The notes beneath the pieces were generated by a model. The model had not been told where the DNA came from. It saw nothing but the letters and a program-made list of their open reading frames with translations, and ran no database searches. This document shows, piece by piece, positions 29,458 to 39,706 of a stretch of DNA of 64,000 bases. The stretch is taken from NCBI GenBank assembly GCA_965242865.1, contig CBDETK010000013.1, positions 1,920,001 to 1,984,000 of the forward strand, read 5' to 3'. The DNA comes from Candidatus Latescibacterota bacterium (GTDB taxonomy: Bacteria; Latescibacterota; UBA2968; UBA8231). Both the position numbers and the translations under genes were made by a program. Every line of letters starts with the position of its first letter. The stretch's first letter is position 1.

Positions 29458-30074
29458 CCTCTTACGCCGACCAACGCCGCGCTATGGTGCGCGAGCAACT
29501 CAGTCCGCGCGGCATTGACGACCCGCGCGTCCTCGCCGCGTTCGCCCGCGTCCCCAGGCATCGCTACGTCCCGGAGGCCCTGCGCCCCCACGCGTATGCC
29601 GACCACCCGCTGGCCATCGGCGCGGAGCAAACCATCTCTCAGCCATACGTAGTGGCCTACATGCTCTCGGTGCTGGGCCTGCAGGGCACAGAACGGGTCT
29701 TGGAGATTGGCACCGGCTCTGGGTATCAGACCGCCCTGCTCGCCGAACTGGCTGGCCGAGTCTATAGCATTGAATTCTTCGCCGACCTCGCCGCGCAGGC
29801 CCGTCGCGTCCTCGCCGCCACAGGCTATGGCCACGTCGCCCTCCGCGTCGGCGACGGCCGCGCCGGCTGGCCCGAGGCCGCCCCCTTTGACGCCATCGTG
29901 TGCTCGGCGGCGCCCGCTGCCATCCCACCTGCTTTAGTCGAACAACTAGCCCCGGCCGGCCGCCTCATCCTCCCGCTAGGCACTCAACGCCAGCACCTAG
30001 TCTTGGTAGAGCGCAACGCGACCGGCCTCAGCCAGCGCAAACTCCTACCCGTGCGCTTCGTGCCGATGCAGTAG
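29454..30074 (+). CDS. pcm: Protein-L-isoaspartate O-methyltransferase
   Basis: [42 protein letters not shown]. Confidence 0.95.
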   Translation: MTSYADQRRAMVREQLSPRGIDDPRVLAAFARVPRHRYVPEALRPHAYADHPLAIGAEQTISQPYVVAYMLSVLGLQGTERVLEIGTGSGYQTALLAELAGRVYSIEFFADLAAQARRVLAATGYGHVALRVGDGRAGWPEAAPFDAIVCSAAPAAIPPALVEQLAPAGRLILPLGTQRQHLVLVERNATGLSQRKLLPVRFVPMQ

Positions 30075-30213
30075 GTAGCATGGGATCGGGCCGGAGCAGA
30101 TTTAAGCCGAGCCTGTTCTTGCTCTAGTACCGACCAGTCAATACGTTTTTTAGGCAGACTACCCGTAGCCCGTAGGTATGCACCACCTGCCGCACTAGCC
30201 CGGATGCTCCGCA

Positions 30214-32409
30214 ATGACCATTGAGACCCGTTTCGACATCCCGCTGGTTGCGGCCCTCGCCCTCCGAGAAAAGCAAATTCAGCAGCATTACCGTCCCATT
30301 ATCGCCGTTCACAAGTGGTTTGCCCGGAGGCCGGGGACGCTTTTTCGTGCGCTGGCCTTAGCCGAATTTGGCGATGCCCCCCTCGCGGACCTGTTCTTTG
30401 CCGCCAACGAATTTCGCGGTCGGAAGGTAGCCGATCCCTTCATGGGCGGTGGCACCCCGCTCATTGAGGCCAACCGCGTCGGCTGCGATGTAACCGGCTT
30501 TGATATCAACCCCATGGCTTGGTGGATTGTCCGCGAAGCGATCGAGCATATTGACCTAGCCGTTTACGAGCGCACCGTCAGCGAGTTGATCGCCGCGCTC
30601 CACTCTGAGGTCGGTCCCCTCTACCGCACCGACTGCCCTATATACGGCGACGAGAACGTTCCCGTAAAATACTTCCTCTGGGTCAAGGTGCTCAACTGTG
30701 CGGCGTGCGGCACTCAGTTTGATCTTTTCCCCGGATACCTGCTCTCCGAGGACGCACGCCACCCGAAAAACGTTCTGGTCTGCGCCGATTGTGGTGAACT
30801 AAACGAAGTGGCCGACCGCAAAGCTCCCGGACGTTGCCAGAGTTGTCGCGTCGCGCTGCGCTTGCAAGGTCCGGCGAGCCGCAGCCGTTGCGCCTGTCCG
30901 CACTGTGGTTGCGTCAATAGCTATCCGCGTGGGGCGTGTGGGCCGCCCCAGCACCGCCTATTTGCCATCGAGTACTACAACCCAGAGCATAAGGCAACGC
31001 ACAAAGGTCGGTTTTTCAAAAAACCAGACGCCAAGGATCTCGCCCATGTCCAAGCGGCTGAGAATCGCTGGCATGACCAAGCGGCGCAGTTTGCCCCAAC
31101 TCGAGAAATTCTCCCCGGCGATGAAACAAACCGCCTGCACCGCTGGGGCTACACCCAGTACCGACAGATGTTCAATGCGCGGCAACTCCTCGGGCTAGAA
31201 CTAAGCGGTCGCCTCATAGCTGAGATCGGCGACGAGCGCGTCCGCCGCGCTTTGGCGACCAATTTTTCAGACCTGTTGCGCTATCAGAACATGCTCTGTC
31301 GCTACAACACTTGGGCACTCAAATCTCTCGACATCTTCTCGGTGCATGGGTTCCCGGTGGGCTTAATACAGTGCGAGTCCAACTTGTTTGGGATCCGCAA
31401 TGGCAAAGGAGCGAACATCGGCTCCGGCGGCTGGCACAACATCGCCGCCAAGTACGCGAAGGCCAAGCGGTACTGCGACGAGCCGTTTGAGATCTACCGC
31501 AACGGGACCCGCAAATACGTCGTGCCCGTCAAAGGCGAGTGGATCGGCGAGCACCGCATCGGCAAACGCCGGCGCAACGTCACTGTTCGCTGCGCGAGCG
31601 CCACGGCCGAATCGCTCGCGCCGGACACCCTCGACGCCGTATTTACCGACCCGCCGTACTTCGGCAACGTCCAGTACGGGGAATTGATGGATTTCTGCTA
31701 TGCGTGGTTGCACCGCCTCATCGGGGATCGGGCCGCAGGCTTCCACCGTACTTCTACCCGCTCGCCTCTTGAATTGACCGGCAACGCAACCCAAGACCGG
31801 GGCCTCGAACAATTTGCCGCTGGCCTCTCCGAGGTCTATCAACGGATGGCCCGCGCCCTGAAACCGGGTGCCCCCCTCGTCTTTACCTATCACCACAACA
31901 AAATAGGGGTGTACCATGCGGCTGGCGTCGCCATTCTCGACGCCGGGCTAACCTGTTCGGCCTCCCTCTCCTGCCCTGCGGAAATGGCTGGTTCCATCCA
32001 CATCCACGGCACGGCCTCATCCATTGTCGATACCGTCTTTGTCTGCCGCTCAACGGGCACCATTCCGCGCCAATGGCTTTTTGAGACGCCGGAGGAGCTT
32101 GGCACTATCGTCGCTGAAGACCGCGATCAACTGGGAGCCGCCGGATACAAGCCCACGCTCGGCGACATCCGTTGCATCGTCTTTGGGCATCTCACCCGAA
32201 TGGCCATCTGGAATCTACGTCGAGAGTGGTGTGTCGAGCGTCCCATGTCGGAAAAGTTGCACCGCTTCGCCGAGGCAGTGGCCGACCTCGGCGACCCCGA
32301 CCGCATAAGCGAAATCCTCGCTGCTAAAAAACCCACACAATCTGCTGCCGGGCCGCTGTTTGCGGGTGGCAACCTCGGAGAGAGCAAGCGCGATGCCGTT
32401 TGCTTTTGA
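30214..32409 (+). CDS. Amino-DNA methyltransferase with Zn-ribbons (DUF1156-like)
   Basis: HKWFARRP, motif I DPFMGGGT, four CxxC pairs, motif IV TDPPY. Confidence 0.85.
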   Translation: MTIETRFDIPLVAALALREKQIQQHYRPIIAVHKWFARRPGTLFRALALAEFGDAPLADLFFAANEFRGRKVADPFMGGGTPLIEANRVGCDVTGFDINPMAWWIVREAIEHIDLAVYERTVSELIAALHSEVGPLYRTDCPIYGDENVPVKYFLWVKVLNCAACGTQFDLFPGYLLSEDARHPKNVLVCADCGELNEVADRKAPGRCQSCRVALRLQGPASRSRCACPHCGCVNSYPRGACGPPQHRLFAIEYYNPEHKATHKGRFFKKPDAKDLAHVQAAENRWHDQAAQFAPTREILPGDETNRLHRWGYTQYRQMFNARQLLGLELSGRLIAEIGDERVRRALATNFSDLLRYQNMLCRYNTWALKSLDIFSVHGFPVGLIQCESNLFGIRNGKGANIGSGGWHNIAAKYAKAKRYCDEPFEIYRNGTRKYVVPVKGEWIGEHRIGKRRRNVTVRCASATAESLAPDTLDAVFTDPPYFGNVQYGELMDFCYAWLHRLIGDRAAGFHRTSTRSPLELTGNATQDRGLEQFAAGLSEVYQRMARALKPGAPLVFTYHHNKIGVYHAAGVAILDAGLTCSASLSCPAEMAGSIHIHGTASSIVDTVFVCRSTGTIPRQWLFETPEELGTIVAEDRDQLGAAGYKPTLGDIRCIVFGHLTRMAIWNLRREWCVERPMSEKLHRFAEAVADLGDPDRISEILAAKKPTQSAAGPLFAGGNLGESKRDAVCF

Positions 32410-33424
32410 GGATACTTTTGCAGGGGTGCAGGCGAACCTCAACGTGTATGTCGATGAAGTGTTCGCCTGTCTGAAGTCGGAGTTTCTGGTCATGCCCAGA
32501 GGCCCCGGGTTCGTCGAATACTCCACCTTCGCGAGTGGATACGAGGCCCTGAAACGCGCTACCACTGGCTTTCGGGACGTAACTCCAGAAACCGTCGCGC
32601 CAGTCGTATTCAGGCTGCCGATTGCGCTGATCGTTCTCCGCTGCATGTTGGGATTCACGCCGACGGAATGGGCTTATTATGCCACGCAAGAGACCAACGT
32701 GGAAATCCCACAAGGGGCTGTGCGGACCCTCGATCGGCAAATCCGCATGGCTCCGAAAAAGCCGCTCAACCGGAAGGGCGGGACCACCGAGCAGCGCGTC
32801 CATGCTCTGATTACCGCCGCCTGCCAAATCCTCAATGAAGGTGCCCCTACCGTTGCGCCCGACAAGCTCCACCGCCTCGATAAAGCCGACACTACTGAAG
32901 GTCTCGTCGGTCTGCAGTTCCTAGCAGATCGGGGCGTTCCCTATGCCATGTTGCTCTATGAACGCTTCCTTGGGCGTCCTTTTGCCGGCCACCGGGATTC
33001 GGTCAGTGAGTTGATCGGCGATCTCGTCGAAAACGCAATTGAAGAAGTGCTCCATCGCGCCGGCATTAGTTTCCGCAAAACCGGACGCGCCGAGCGCATA
33101 CCCGGCTTCGACCAAGCCCCCGACTTTATTGTCCCCGACGAGTTCAATCCCCAGATCATTATCGAGGCCAAGCTCACCGAGGACGATGGCACAGCCCGCG
33201 ACAAGATAACGCGTATCCAACATCTCGCTGAACTCGCCGTGAAGGGCCAGCCAGCCGGTCAGCCCAAATTTGAGGTAGTTGCTTGTATTGCGGGGCGCGG
33301 CTTCAAGGTGCGCCGCGAGGATATGAAGAAGTTGCTAATAGCTACGTGCGGCAAAGTGTTCACCTTGCAAAATCTACAGCAACTCGTCGAAAGCACCCGC
33401 TTACAGGAGTTTCGCACCCAATAA
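32393..33424 (+). CDS. Putative PD-(D/E)xK restriction endonuclease coupled to the methyltransferase
   Basis: Overlaps the MTase stop; E..IE..L, APDFIVP, IIEAK, DDGTARDK; possible HTH-like N-terminal part. Confidence 0.7.
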   Translation: MPFAFEDTFAGVQANLNVYVDEVFACLKSEFLVMPRGPGFVEYSTFASGYEALKRATTGFRDVTPETVAPVVFRLPIALIVLRCMLGFTPTEWAYYATQETNVEIPQGAVRTLDRQIRMAPKKPLNRKGGTTEQRVHALITAACQILNEGAPTVAPDKLHRLDKADTTEGLVGLQFLADRGVPYAMLLYERFLGRPFAGHRDSVSELIGDLVENAIEEVLHRAGISFRKTGRAERIPGFDQAPDFIVPDEFNPQIIIEAKLTEDDGTARDKITRIQHLAELAVKGQPAGQPKFEVVACIAGRGFKVRREDMKKLLIATCGKVFTLQNLQQLVESTRLQEFRTQ

Positions 33425-33441
33425 GCCGACGGTCTATTATG

Positions 33442-33534
33442 GGTCTTGCCAACCTGACGCGGCCCGATTAGGGCAACCGCGGCTTGTCGGCCCAAGGCGT
33501 TGGCAACGATGCTATAGGTCCGGCGCGGAATCAT
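33442..33534 (-). pseudogene. N-terminal shard of an AAA_14 ATPase
   Basis: MIPRR...AVALIGPRQVGKT; similarity stops right after the P-loop. Confidence 0.7.
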
Positions 33535-33789
33535 AACCTTGCAAAATTAAAGCGAGGCTTTAGAAAAACAAGGATGCGTGAGAGGGTGTATTAGAAAAGG
33601 TTCGGTTTGGTGCTACATAAGGCGACTGTCCTGTGCGGATTCTGCTTTCTTGCGAAAGAAATCGCAATCCCACGCTATCGTACACTAAACGGGGCAGAAT
33701 TGGATAGGCTACGCAGGAGGAGATTGACGCTCTGATTTAGCGACCCGAATTGTGGCGATTGTGGCTTTTGTGTGTTCCAGCTTGGGCAC

Positions 33790-33832
33790 AAAAAAGCCCC
33801 GTCTATCTATGTTGCGCGAGATAGACGGAGCT
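33790..33832 (-). terminator. Strong intrinsic terminator downstream of LRR paralog 3
   Basis: AGCTCCGTCTATCT / AGATAGACGGGGCT 14-bp stem followed by a T-run. Confidence 0.8.
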
Positions 33833-33919
33833 TGATTAGCAGGACGCTCCTCCTCTTGGGCCGATACCGGCCAAACGCCCTGCTCCTCTTGGGTTAGTAA
33901 TCCCAATTTACCGTGACAC

Positions 33920-34813
33920 CTACGACCACTGTATCGTGACGCCTTCGGCTTTCAAGTATATGATATGATGGTCCGTTTCACCTATTAGACTGCCATCGGC
34001 GTTTCTGGCGTTTCTCAGCCTCAGTGTTTCCAACTCGGGCAGACAAGTCAACGGACTCAGATCTGAAATCCTGTTGGAGCTCAGGTTCAACGTTTTCAAC
34101 TTGGTCAGATTGGTCAGCGGACTCACATCCGTAACGCCAGCGTCGTTCACCTTCAACCATTCCAAGTTGGTCAGACTAGTCAAGGGACTCAAATCCCCAA
34201 ATTCGTTAGCACCTACCCCCAACCGTTTCAAGTTGGTCAGGCTGGACAGCGGACTCACATCCGTAATCTTGTTGATGTACAGATGCAGCCCTTTCAAGTT
34301 GGTCAGGTTGCCCAACGGACTCACATCCGTAATCTTGTTTCTGTCCAGGCTCAACATTTTCAAGTTGGTCAGGCTGGACAGCGGACTCACATCCGTAATC
34401 TTGTTGCTGAACAGATACAGAGTGTCCAAGGCCGTAGCATGTTGGAGGCCGTCCAAGCTCTGAATGCCTCTACCACTCGCGTCGAGCTTGGTCAGGGTAG
34501 CCAGATCAGTCGGTCTAAGGGGCGGCACGGTAGGGTCCGTCAAGCTGCTGGTGGGGTCCCCCCCCACCTGGGACCCCAGTGCTGTCCGCACCGCACGCTC
34601 CAGACTGGAGTCGGCGAACGTAACGTAGGTCGGTGTGCTATCGGCGTCGGGGATGCCGTCCCCGTCAGAGTCTGTCGGACTGGTCAGGGTCAGGTGGGTT
34701 TTGCCGGCAGCTTGGGGAGCTACTGGCGAGGTGTCGGACGAGCAGCCCATCCAAACACCGACGAAGCCCAACAGGCCGAACCCGAGCAGGGTTTTGAGGG
34801 ATTTCAACAACAT
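33920..34813 (-). CDS. LRR lipoprotein, paralog 3 (no YWTD domain)
   Basis: AAGGAG RBS; signal LKSLKTLL..WMGCS homologous to paralogs 1/2; AAGK; DSDGDG; FADSSLE cap; 6-7 LRRs. Confidence 0.9.
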   Translation of the reverse strand: MLLKSLKTLLGFGLLGFVGVWMGCSSDTSPVAPQAAGKTHLTLTSPTDSDGDGIPDADSTPTYVTFADSSLERAVRTALGSQVGGDPTSSLTDPTVPPLRPTDLATLTKLDASGRGIQSLDGLQHATALDTLYLFSNKITDVSPLSSLTNLKMLSLDRNKITDVSPLGNLTNLKGLHLYINKITDVSPLSSLTNLKRLGVGANEFGDLSPLTSLTNLEWLKVNDAGVTDVSPLTNLTKLKTLNLSSNRISDLSPLTCLPELETLRLRNARNADGSLIGETDHHIIYLKAEGVTIQWS

Positions 34814-34886
34814 TGTTTTCTCCTTGATATTGTTAGGAGGTAGTAGAAGGGAATGGCGCGACACTCGCTTTGAGTACGCCTTGCCA

Positions 34887-34915
34887 TGGATATTCACGCG
34901 GGCCGCTCTTGTCAA
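34887..34915 (-). promoter_or_regulatory. Candidate sigma70 promoter for paralog 3
   Basis: TTGACA-17 bp-TATCCA. Confidence 0.4.
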
Positions 34916-34965
34916 GGATGAGTGAGCATTCAGAGTATTGTGTAAAAAAAGAGCAGAGCAACAAA

Positions 34966-35379
34966 TTAGGGCGCATCGCGGTCGTCAAAGTTTTCTGCGG
35001 ACACCTCTTCTTTGCTCAGCACTTCTACGAGGTGGTAGGCGTACCGGCCTACATCTTGGATTCCCTCCCCCCGGTCCACCAGCCGCACTTTCAGCGTATA
35101 GATAAACCCAGCGGCAAAGTCGAATCCTTCTATGCTCTCATAGAACAATTCCCACCGTTGCCGCTCGTCATTGTAGATGAGGAAACACTCCTGCTCGATA
35201 AGCCCCTGACAGGTTTCGGTATAAGGGCCTATGGTGATAACCGCGGTTCGCTCGGCCGGGCGCACGCTGTTATCGCAACCCACCAGCAAGACGAAGGCTA
35301 GGCAAACCACAAAAGCCCCTTGGCCGCGGGGCGTTCTGACAACAAAAGCTCTACTCATCGTCGTCTCCTTTGAAGCCAC
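34966..35379 (-). CDS. DUF4377-domain lipoprotein
   Basis: LVGC lipobox; C.G...EC, WELFYESIEGFDF..GF.Y.LKV. Confidence 0.75.
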   Translation of the reverse strand: MASKETTMSRAFVVRTPRGQGAFVVCLAFVLLVGCDNSVRPAERTAVITIGPYTETCQGLIEQECFLIYNDERQRWELFYESIEGFDFAAGFIYTLKVRLVDRGEGIQDVGRYAYHLVEVLSKEEVSAENFDDRDAP

Positions 35380-36290
35380 TAAACCCGCAAGCTGCCCACC
35401 AGCGAGGCGAGGCGGTCAATGCCGCGCTCGTCGCAATAGGCGTGGAGGCCCTCGGCGATTTCGACGCCGGCGTTGGGGTTGGTGAAACTGGCCGTGCCGA
35501 CTTGGACAGCGCAAGCACCGGCAATCATAAATTCTAGGGCATCGCGCGCCGAGGTGATGCCGCCGAGGCCCATGACGGGCACGGGCACTGCTTGGGCCAC
35601 CTTCCACACCATGGCGAGGGCTACGGGCTTGATCGCCGGGCCGGACAAGCCACCGGTCGTGCCGCCCAAGACCGGCCGCCGCCGCTCCACGTCAATGGCC
35701 ATGCCAACGAGCGTATTGATCAGGGACACTGCATCCGCACCCGCATCCACTACGGCGCGGGCAATCTCGGCAATGTCCGCGACATTGGGCGTCAGCTTGG
35801 CGATGACCGGTCGCTGCGTGCGAGCGCGGACCGCGGCAATGGCGGCCGCGGCTGTCTGGGGCCGAGTGGCAAAATTGTCGCCCCCGGCCTCAACATTGGG
35901 ACAGGATATATTGACTTCGAGCGCGGCAATGCCGGCCAACGCTTCGAGACGCGCCGCCATCTGCCCGAACTCCTCGACCGAGAATCCGGCGATGTTCACC
36001 ACGACGGGCGCGTCCAAACCGGCCAACAAGGGCCATTGCTCCTCGGCAAAAGCCGCCAACCCGGGGTTTTGCAAGCCAATGGAATTGAGCAGCCCGGCCG
36101 GCGTCTCGACGATGCGCTGGGGCGGGTTGCCGCCGCGGGGCTGCGGAGTAATGGTTTTGGTGACCAGCCCACCCAAGCGGGCAAAATCGGTCAGCGGCAC
36201 CAGCTCCTGACCGTAGTTGCACGTGCCCGAAGCGAGCAGCACCGGGTTGCGCAGTCGCACCCCAGCAAAGTCTAGGCTCAGGTCGGCCAT
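35379..36290 (-). CDS. pyrD: Dihydroorotate dehydrogenase family 1B, catalytic subunit
   Basis: LASGT, NSIGLQNPG, NISCPNV, KLTPN, SLINT, GGLSGPAIKP, VQVGT. Confidence 0.95.
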   Translation of the reverse strand: MADLSLDFAGVRLRNPVLLASGTCNYGQELVPLTDFARLGGLVTKTITPQPRGGNPPQRIVETPAGLLNSIGLQNPGLAAFAEEQWPLLAGLDAPVVVNIAGFSVEEFGQMAARLEALAGIAALEVNISCPNVEAGGDNFATRPQTAAAAIAAVRARTQRPVIAKLTPNVADIAEIARAVVDAGADAVSLINTLVGMAIDVERRRPVLGGTTGGLSGPAIKPVALAMVWKVAQAVPVPVMGLGGITSARDALEFMIAGACAVQVGTASFTNPNAGVEIAEGLHAYCDERGIDRLASLVGSLRV

Positions 36291-37090
36291 GCGCTGCTCC
36301 ATTGTATCTGCCGCGCATCAAACGCCGGCCCATCCACGCAGACGCGGCCATAGCGGCCGTAGTCCGGGGCGCCTTTTTCCGTCTTGAGCGCGACGGCGCA
36401 GCCCACGCAGATGCCAATGCCGCACGCCATGTACTCTTCGAGAGAAACCTGACACGGCACTTGGGCCGCTAGGCATAGAGCGGCCACGGCCTGCATCATC
36501 CCGTGCGGGCCACAGCAATAGACCGCGCCCGGCCCGTTTGCAGCGAGCTCGTGTTGCAACAGATCGGTGACCAAGCCGGCGTGGCCGAGGCTGCCGTCGT
36601 CCGTGGCGCAGCGCACTATGTCCGCGGCCGGCGCGAGCAACTCGTGGGGCAGGTGCTTGTCCGCTGTCCGCGCCCCGACCAACAGCACCGTCTGGTGTGC
36701 CCGCTGCCTCAGCTCCAACCCCCAGTACAGCAGCGGCGGCACGCCAATGCCACCGCCGACCAATACGACGCGCACCCCTTCGGGCGGCGGCGCGAAGCCC
36801 TTGCCCAGCGGGCCGAGGGTCGGCAGGGTGGCGTCCGGCCCGAGTTGACGCAGTGCGTGCGTCTTAGGCCCGACCTCCTCGAACAGTACCTCGATGCTAC
36901 CGGCCTTGCGATCTACGCCGCTCACGCTCAGGGGGAGGCGCAACAAGGGAGCGGTCCCCGCGCCGACTTGGATGTTGACAAACTGGCCCGGCTCAATGCG
37001 CGTGGCAATGCGAGGTGCGTTGAGACGCGCCCAATAGAAGTCGGCCGCGACTTCGCGCTGGCTCAACAGGCGCGCTGGCTCGTCAATCAC
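36278..37090 (-). CDS. pyrK: Dihydroorotate dehydrogenase electron-transfer subunit
   Basis: PGQFV, GPLGKGF, GGGIG, CGP, EEYMACGIGICVGC, RVCVDGPAF. Confidence 0.95.
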   Translation of the reverse strand: MIDEPARLLSQREVAADFYWARLNAPRIATRIEPGQFVNIQVGAGTAPLLRLPLSVSGVDRKAGSIEVLFEEVGPKTHALRQLGPDATLPTLGPLGKGFAPPPEGVRVVLVGGGIGVPPLLYWGLELRQRAHQTVLLVGARTADKHLPHELLAPAADIVRCATDDGSLGHAGLVTDLLQHELAANGPGAVYCCGPHGMMQAVAALCLAAQVPCQVSLEEYMACGIGICVGCAVALKTEKGAPDYGRYGRVCVDGPAFDARQIQWSSAWPT

Positions 37091-39696
37091 GGCTCGGCCC
37101 CTTCGGCTTGCGCAAACGGCACGGTCAACTCAACCCAAGACTTGATCGCCGCGCCGTTGCGGCGCACCGCCGGATAAAAGCGATAGCCATAAGCGGCTGC
37201 GACCGCGCGCTCCACAAACGGGGGGTCGCCGCGAAAGACTTCTACTTGCTCGGGCCGCCCCTCGCGGTCGATCAGCACGTCGAGCAATACCTCGGCCGAA
37301 TCCGCGACCGTGGCCGGATAAACGGGTCGCACCACTTGCCGGACCAGCGGCCAATCGCTCAGCGACAGGTCGCCCTCCTTCCACCCGAGCTCGTCGGCGG
37401 GGAGCGATAAATCGAGCGCGATCATCGCTTGGATGTCCAAGTCTTCGCTCGCCTGAAAATCCGGGTGCTCCTCCACCAAGAAGCGAATTTGCGGGCTGTT
37501 GCGGTCGCGCCGGGCGACCTCGCGCAGGTAGTGGTTGGCCGAGTCCGCTAGGCCCTGCTCGGTAAAGGAGTGCCAGAGCCGGTAGTAGAGGCTGAGGTTC
37601 CGCTGGTCAAAGGACAGGGCTTGGCGATAGAAATCAATGGCGTCGTTGAAATAGCCTTCCTCCGAGTTGATGGTGCCGAGTTGATACAGGGCGCGCGGGT
37701 TGGTGGCCTGCTGGTCGATGCTCCGCTCGTAAAAATCGCGGGCTAGCGCAATGTCCCCGCGCCGCTGGGCGCGCTCGGCAAAGCCGATGTACTTGCGCGC
37801 CAAGGACACGGAGTCGAGCGTGTCTGGCTCCAAGGCGAGCAGCTCAATGTGCTCCCCCGGGGCGAGCTGGCCGCCGACCGCCTTGAGGCTGCGCTCCAGC
37901 TTGTCGATGAGCTTTTCCTCGCGCACTTCCCACCGCTGCTGGGCCAGCTTGCCAAACCGCGTCTCAGCGAACTCGGCGCGCAACAATTGATAGCGCTCCT
38001 CGGCCGCGGCCGTATCCCCTACTACATTCTCGTAGGTATTGGCCGCCAAAAACGCCGCTTGCCCCCCGGTATGCGTACCGGCGAAGGCCCGGCTCAAACT
38101 GTCCAACAGGGGGATGTACGCCGCGGGGTTTGTCGGCTGCGCTAGGCGCAAGGTCTCGATCCGCGCAAACGCCCGGGCGGCCAGCTCTTCGGCGGTGGCC
38201 TCGGCTTCTCGCCCCAGCAGGCGGCGGGCCTCATTGGCGTGGGCCGAGGTGGGAAACTCCTCGATCAGCCGCAGCAAGTGGGGCCTAGCGCCCGCTTCGT
38301 CTCCGCGCTGGTGCAATTCGATCCAAGCGAGGCTGTACACCGCACGGGACAATTGGTCGCTGTCCGGGAAGCGGCGGATTACTTCCTCGTAGTACGCGCG
38401 GGCCGAATCGGCCTGCCCGATCTCGTCGCGGTACAGCTCGCACGCGCTGAACAGGTCGTCTAGCACCGCCAAACTCCGCGCCACGACCACGGTGTCGGCC
38501 GGAGGCGCTGCGGCCGGCCACAACAGCGGCCCCTGCACTGCGCCGAGCGAGTCCGCGTAGAGCGAATCCGCGCGGTGGATCTGGCGCTGGAACTGGTGCA
38601 GCCGCCGCAGATGCCCCAGCATCTCCTGCGCCAAGAGCACGCCCTGCGCCCCCGGGCTCTCGCGGCTGCTCTCTTCGAGATAATCGCGCGCCCGCTCGGT
38701 ATCCCCGTATTCCTGCAGATGCAGCAAGCCGCTGCGGTACAGGGCCATGGCCGCAGAGGGGGTCTGGGGAAAGTCGTTGCGGACCTGCTCGTACTCGGCG
38801 AGGGCTTGGTCGAGCAAGCGGCGGTCCTGATACCACTCGCCGATGAGGAGCCGGGTGCGGCCCTCAAAGCGGCGGAAGCGGCCCTCGTCGAGCAGGCTGA
38901 GATACGTGGCGAGGGCCTCGTCGGCCGCGCCCAGAGCGTAGAGGGTGCGGCCCCTGTTGAGCAGGGCGCGATACTTTTGGTCCGCGCTCGGACCGGCCTG
39001 CAGTACCTCGTCAAAGGCCGCGAGGGCCTCGTCGAAGCGGGCTGGCTCCGCTAAGGCCATCAACGCCTCGCCCAAGCGCAACCACAGCTCGGCGCGCACC
39101 GCGCTTTGGGGAAAGGCCGTTAGCACCGCCTGATATGCCCGCATGGCCGCGATGTAATCCCCGCGGTCGTGCGCCATCTCGGCCAAGTGCAGGCCGGCTT
39201 GGACGGCGACCTTTTCTTGGGCCTCGGCAAAAAGCACTCGATAGAGGGCCTGCGCTTGATCGTCGATCCGCTGCCCCGCTAGGCAGCGGGCGCGCCAGTA
39301 GCGGGCTCGGTCGAAGTACGGACTGGACGGGAAAAAGGTCTCCAAGTCGCGGAAGGACTCTTGGGCATTGAGGTATTCGCCGCGCCAGTAATAGGATTGG
39401 CCAATCAGAAACATGGCGTCGTCGACCAAGTCGCTCTCCTTGTACTCGTCGAGCACCTTGGACGCCTTGCGCACCACTTTGTCGTAGAGTTGGTCGGCCT
39501 GCGGCGAGCGCTGCCGCTGCAATTCGGGACCGGCCCGGTCAAAGGCCCAGTCGGCGTAGGTCTCTTCGTGCTTGCGCCGTTCCTTCTCGGCTTGGCGGAA
39601 GAATTTTTTGGCGTTGTAAAACGTGTTGAAATAGACGCAGGCCGAAATCGCCAGACAACAAGCCAGCAGCAAGCGGCCGGTGGGCGCGATCCGCAC
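37087..39696 (-). CDS. TPR-repeat lipoprotein with a C-terminal TonB-C-like domain
   Basis: ISAC-VYFNTFYNAKK, many TPR/BamD-like repeats (FPxS), C-terminal PVYP..VLIDREG..RFYPA.RNG. Confidence 0.8.
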   Translation of the reverse strand: MRIAPTGRLLLACCLAISACVYFNTFYNAKKFFRQAEKERRKHEETYADWAFDRAGPELQRQRSPQADQLYDKVVRKASKVLDEYKESDLVDDAMFLIGQSYYWRGEYLNAQESFRDLETFFPSSPYFDRARYWRARCLAGQRIDDQAQALYRVLFAEAQEKVAVQAGLHLAEMAHDRGDYIAAMRAYQAVLTAFPQSAVRAELWLRLGEALMALAEPARFDEALAAFDEVLQAGPSADQKYRALLNRGRTLYALGAADEALATYLSLLDEGRFRRFEGRTRLLIGEWYQDRRLLDQALAEYEQVRNDFPQTPSAAMALYRSGLLHLQEYGDTERARDYLEESSRESPGAQGVLLAQEMLGHLRRLHQFQRQIHRADSLYADSLGAVQGPLLWPAAAPPADTVVVARSLAVLDDLFSACELYRDEIGQADSARAYYEEVIRRFPDSDQLSRAVYSLAWIELHQRGDEAGARPHLLRLIEEFPTSAHANEARRLLGREAEATAEELAARAFARIETLRLAQPTNPAAYIPLLDSLSRAFAGTHTGGQAAFLAANTYENVVGDTAAAEERYQLLRAEFAETRFGKLAQQRWEVREEKLIDKLERSLKAVGGQLAPGEHIELLALEPDTLDSVSLARKYIGFAERAQRRGDIALARDFYERSIDQQATNPRALYQLGTINSEEGYFNDAIDFYRQALSFDQRNLSLYYRLWHSFTEQGLADSANHYLREVARRDRNSPQIRFLVEEHPDFQASEDLDIQAMIALDLSLPADELGWKEGDLSLSDWPLVRQVVRPVYPATVADSAEVLLDVLIDREGRPEQVEVFRGDPPFVERAVAAAYGYRFYPAVRRNGAAIKSWVELTVPFAQAEGAEP

Positions 39697-39706
39697 GAGC
39701 CGCCTC

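Noticed and set aside
33540-33790. tRNA or other ncRNA in the AT-richer intergenic stretch
   Set aside because: No cloverleaf, T-loop or recognisable motif.
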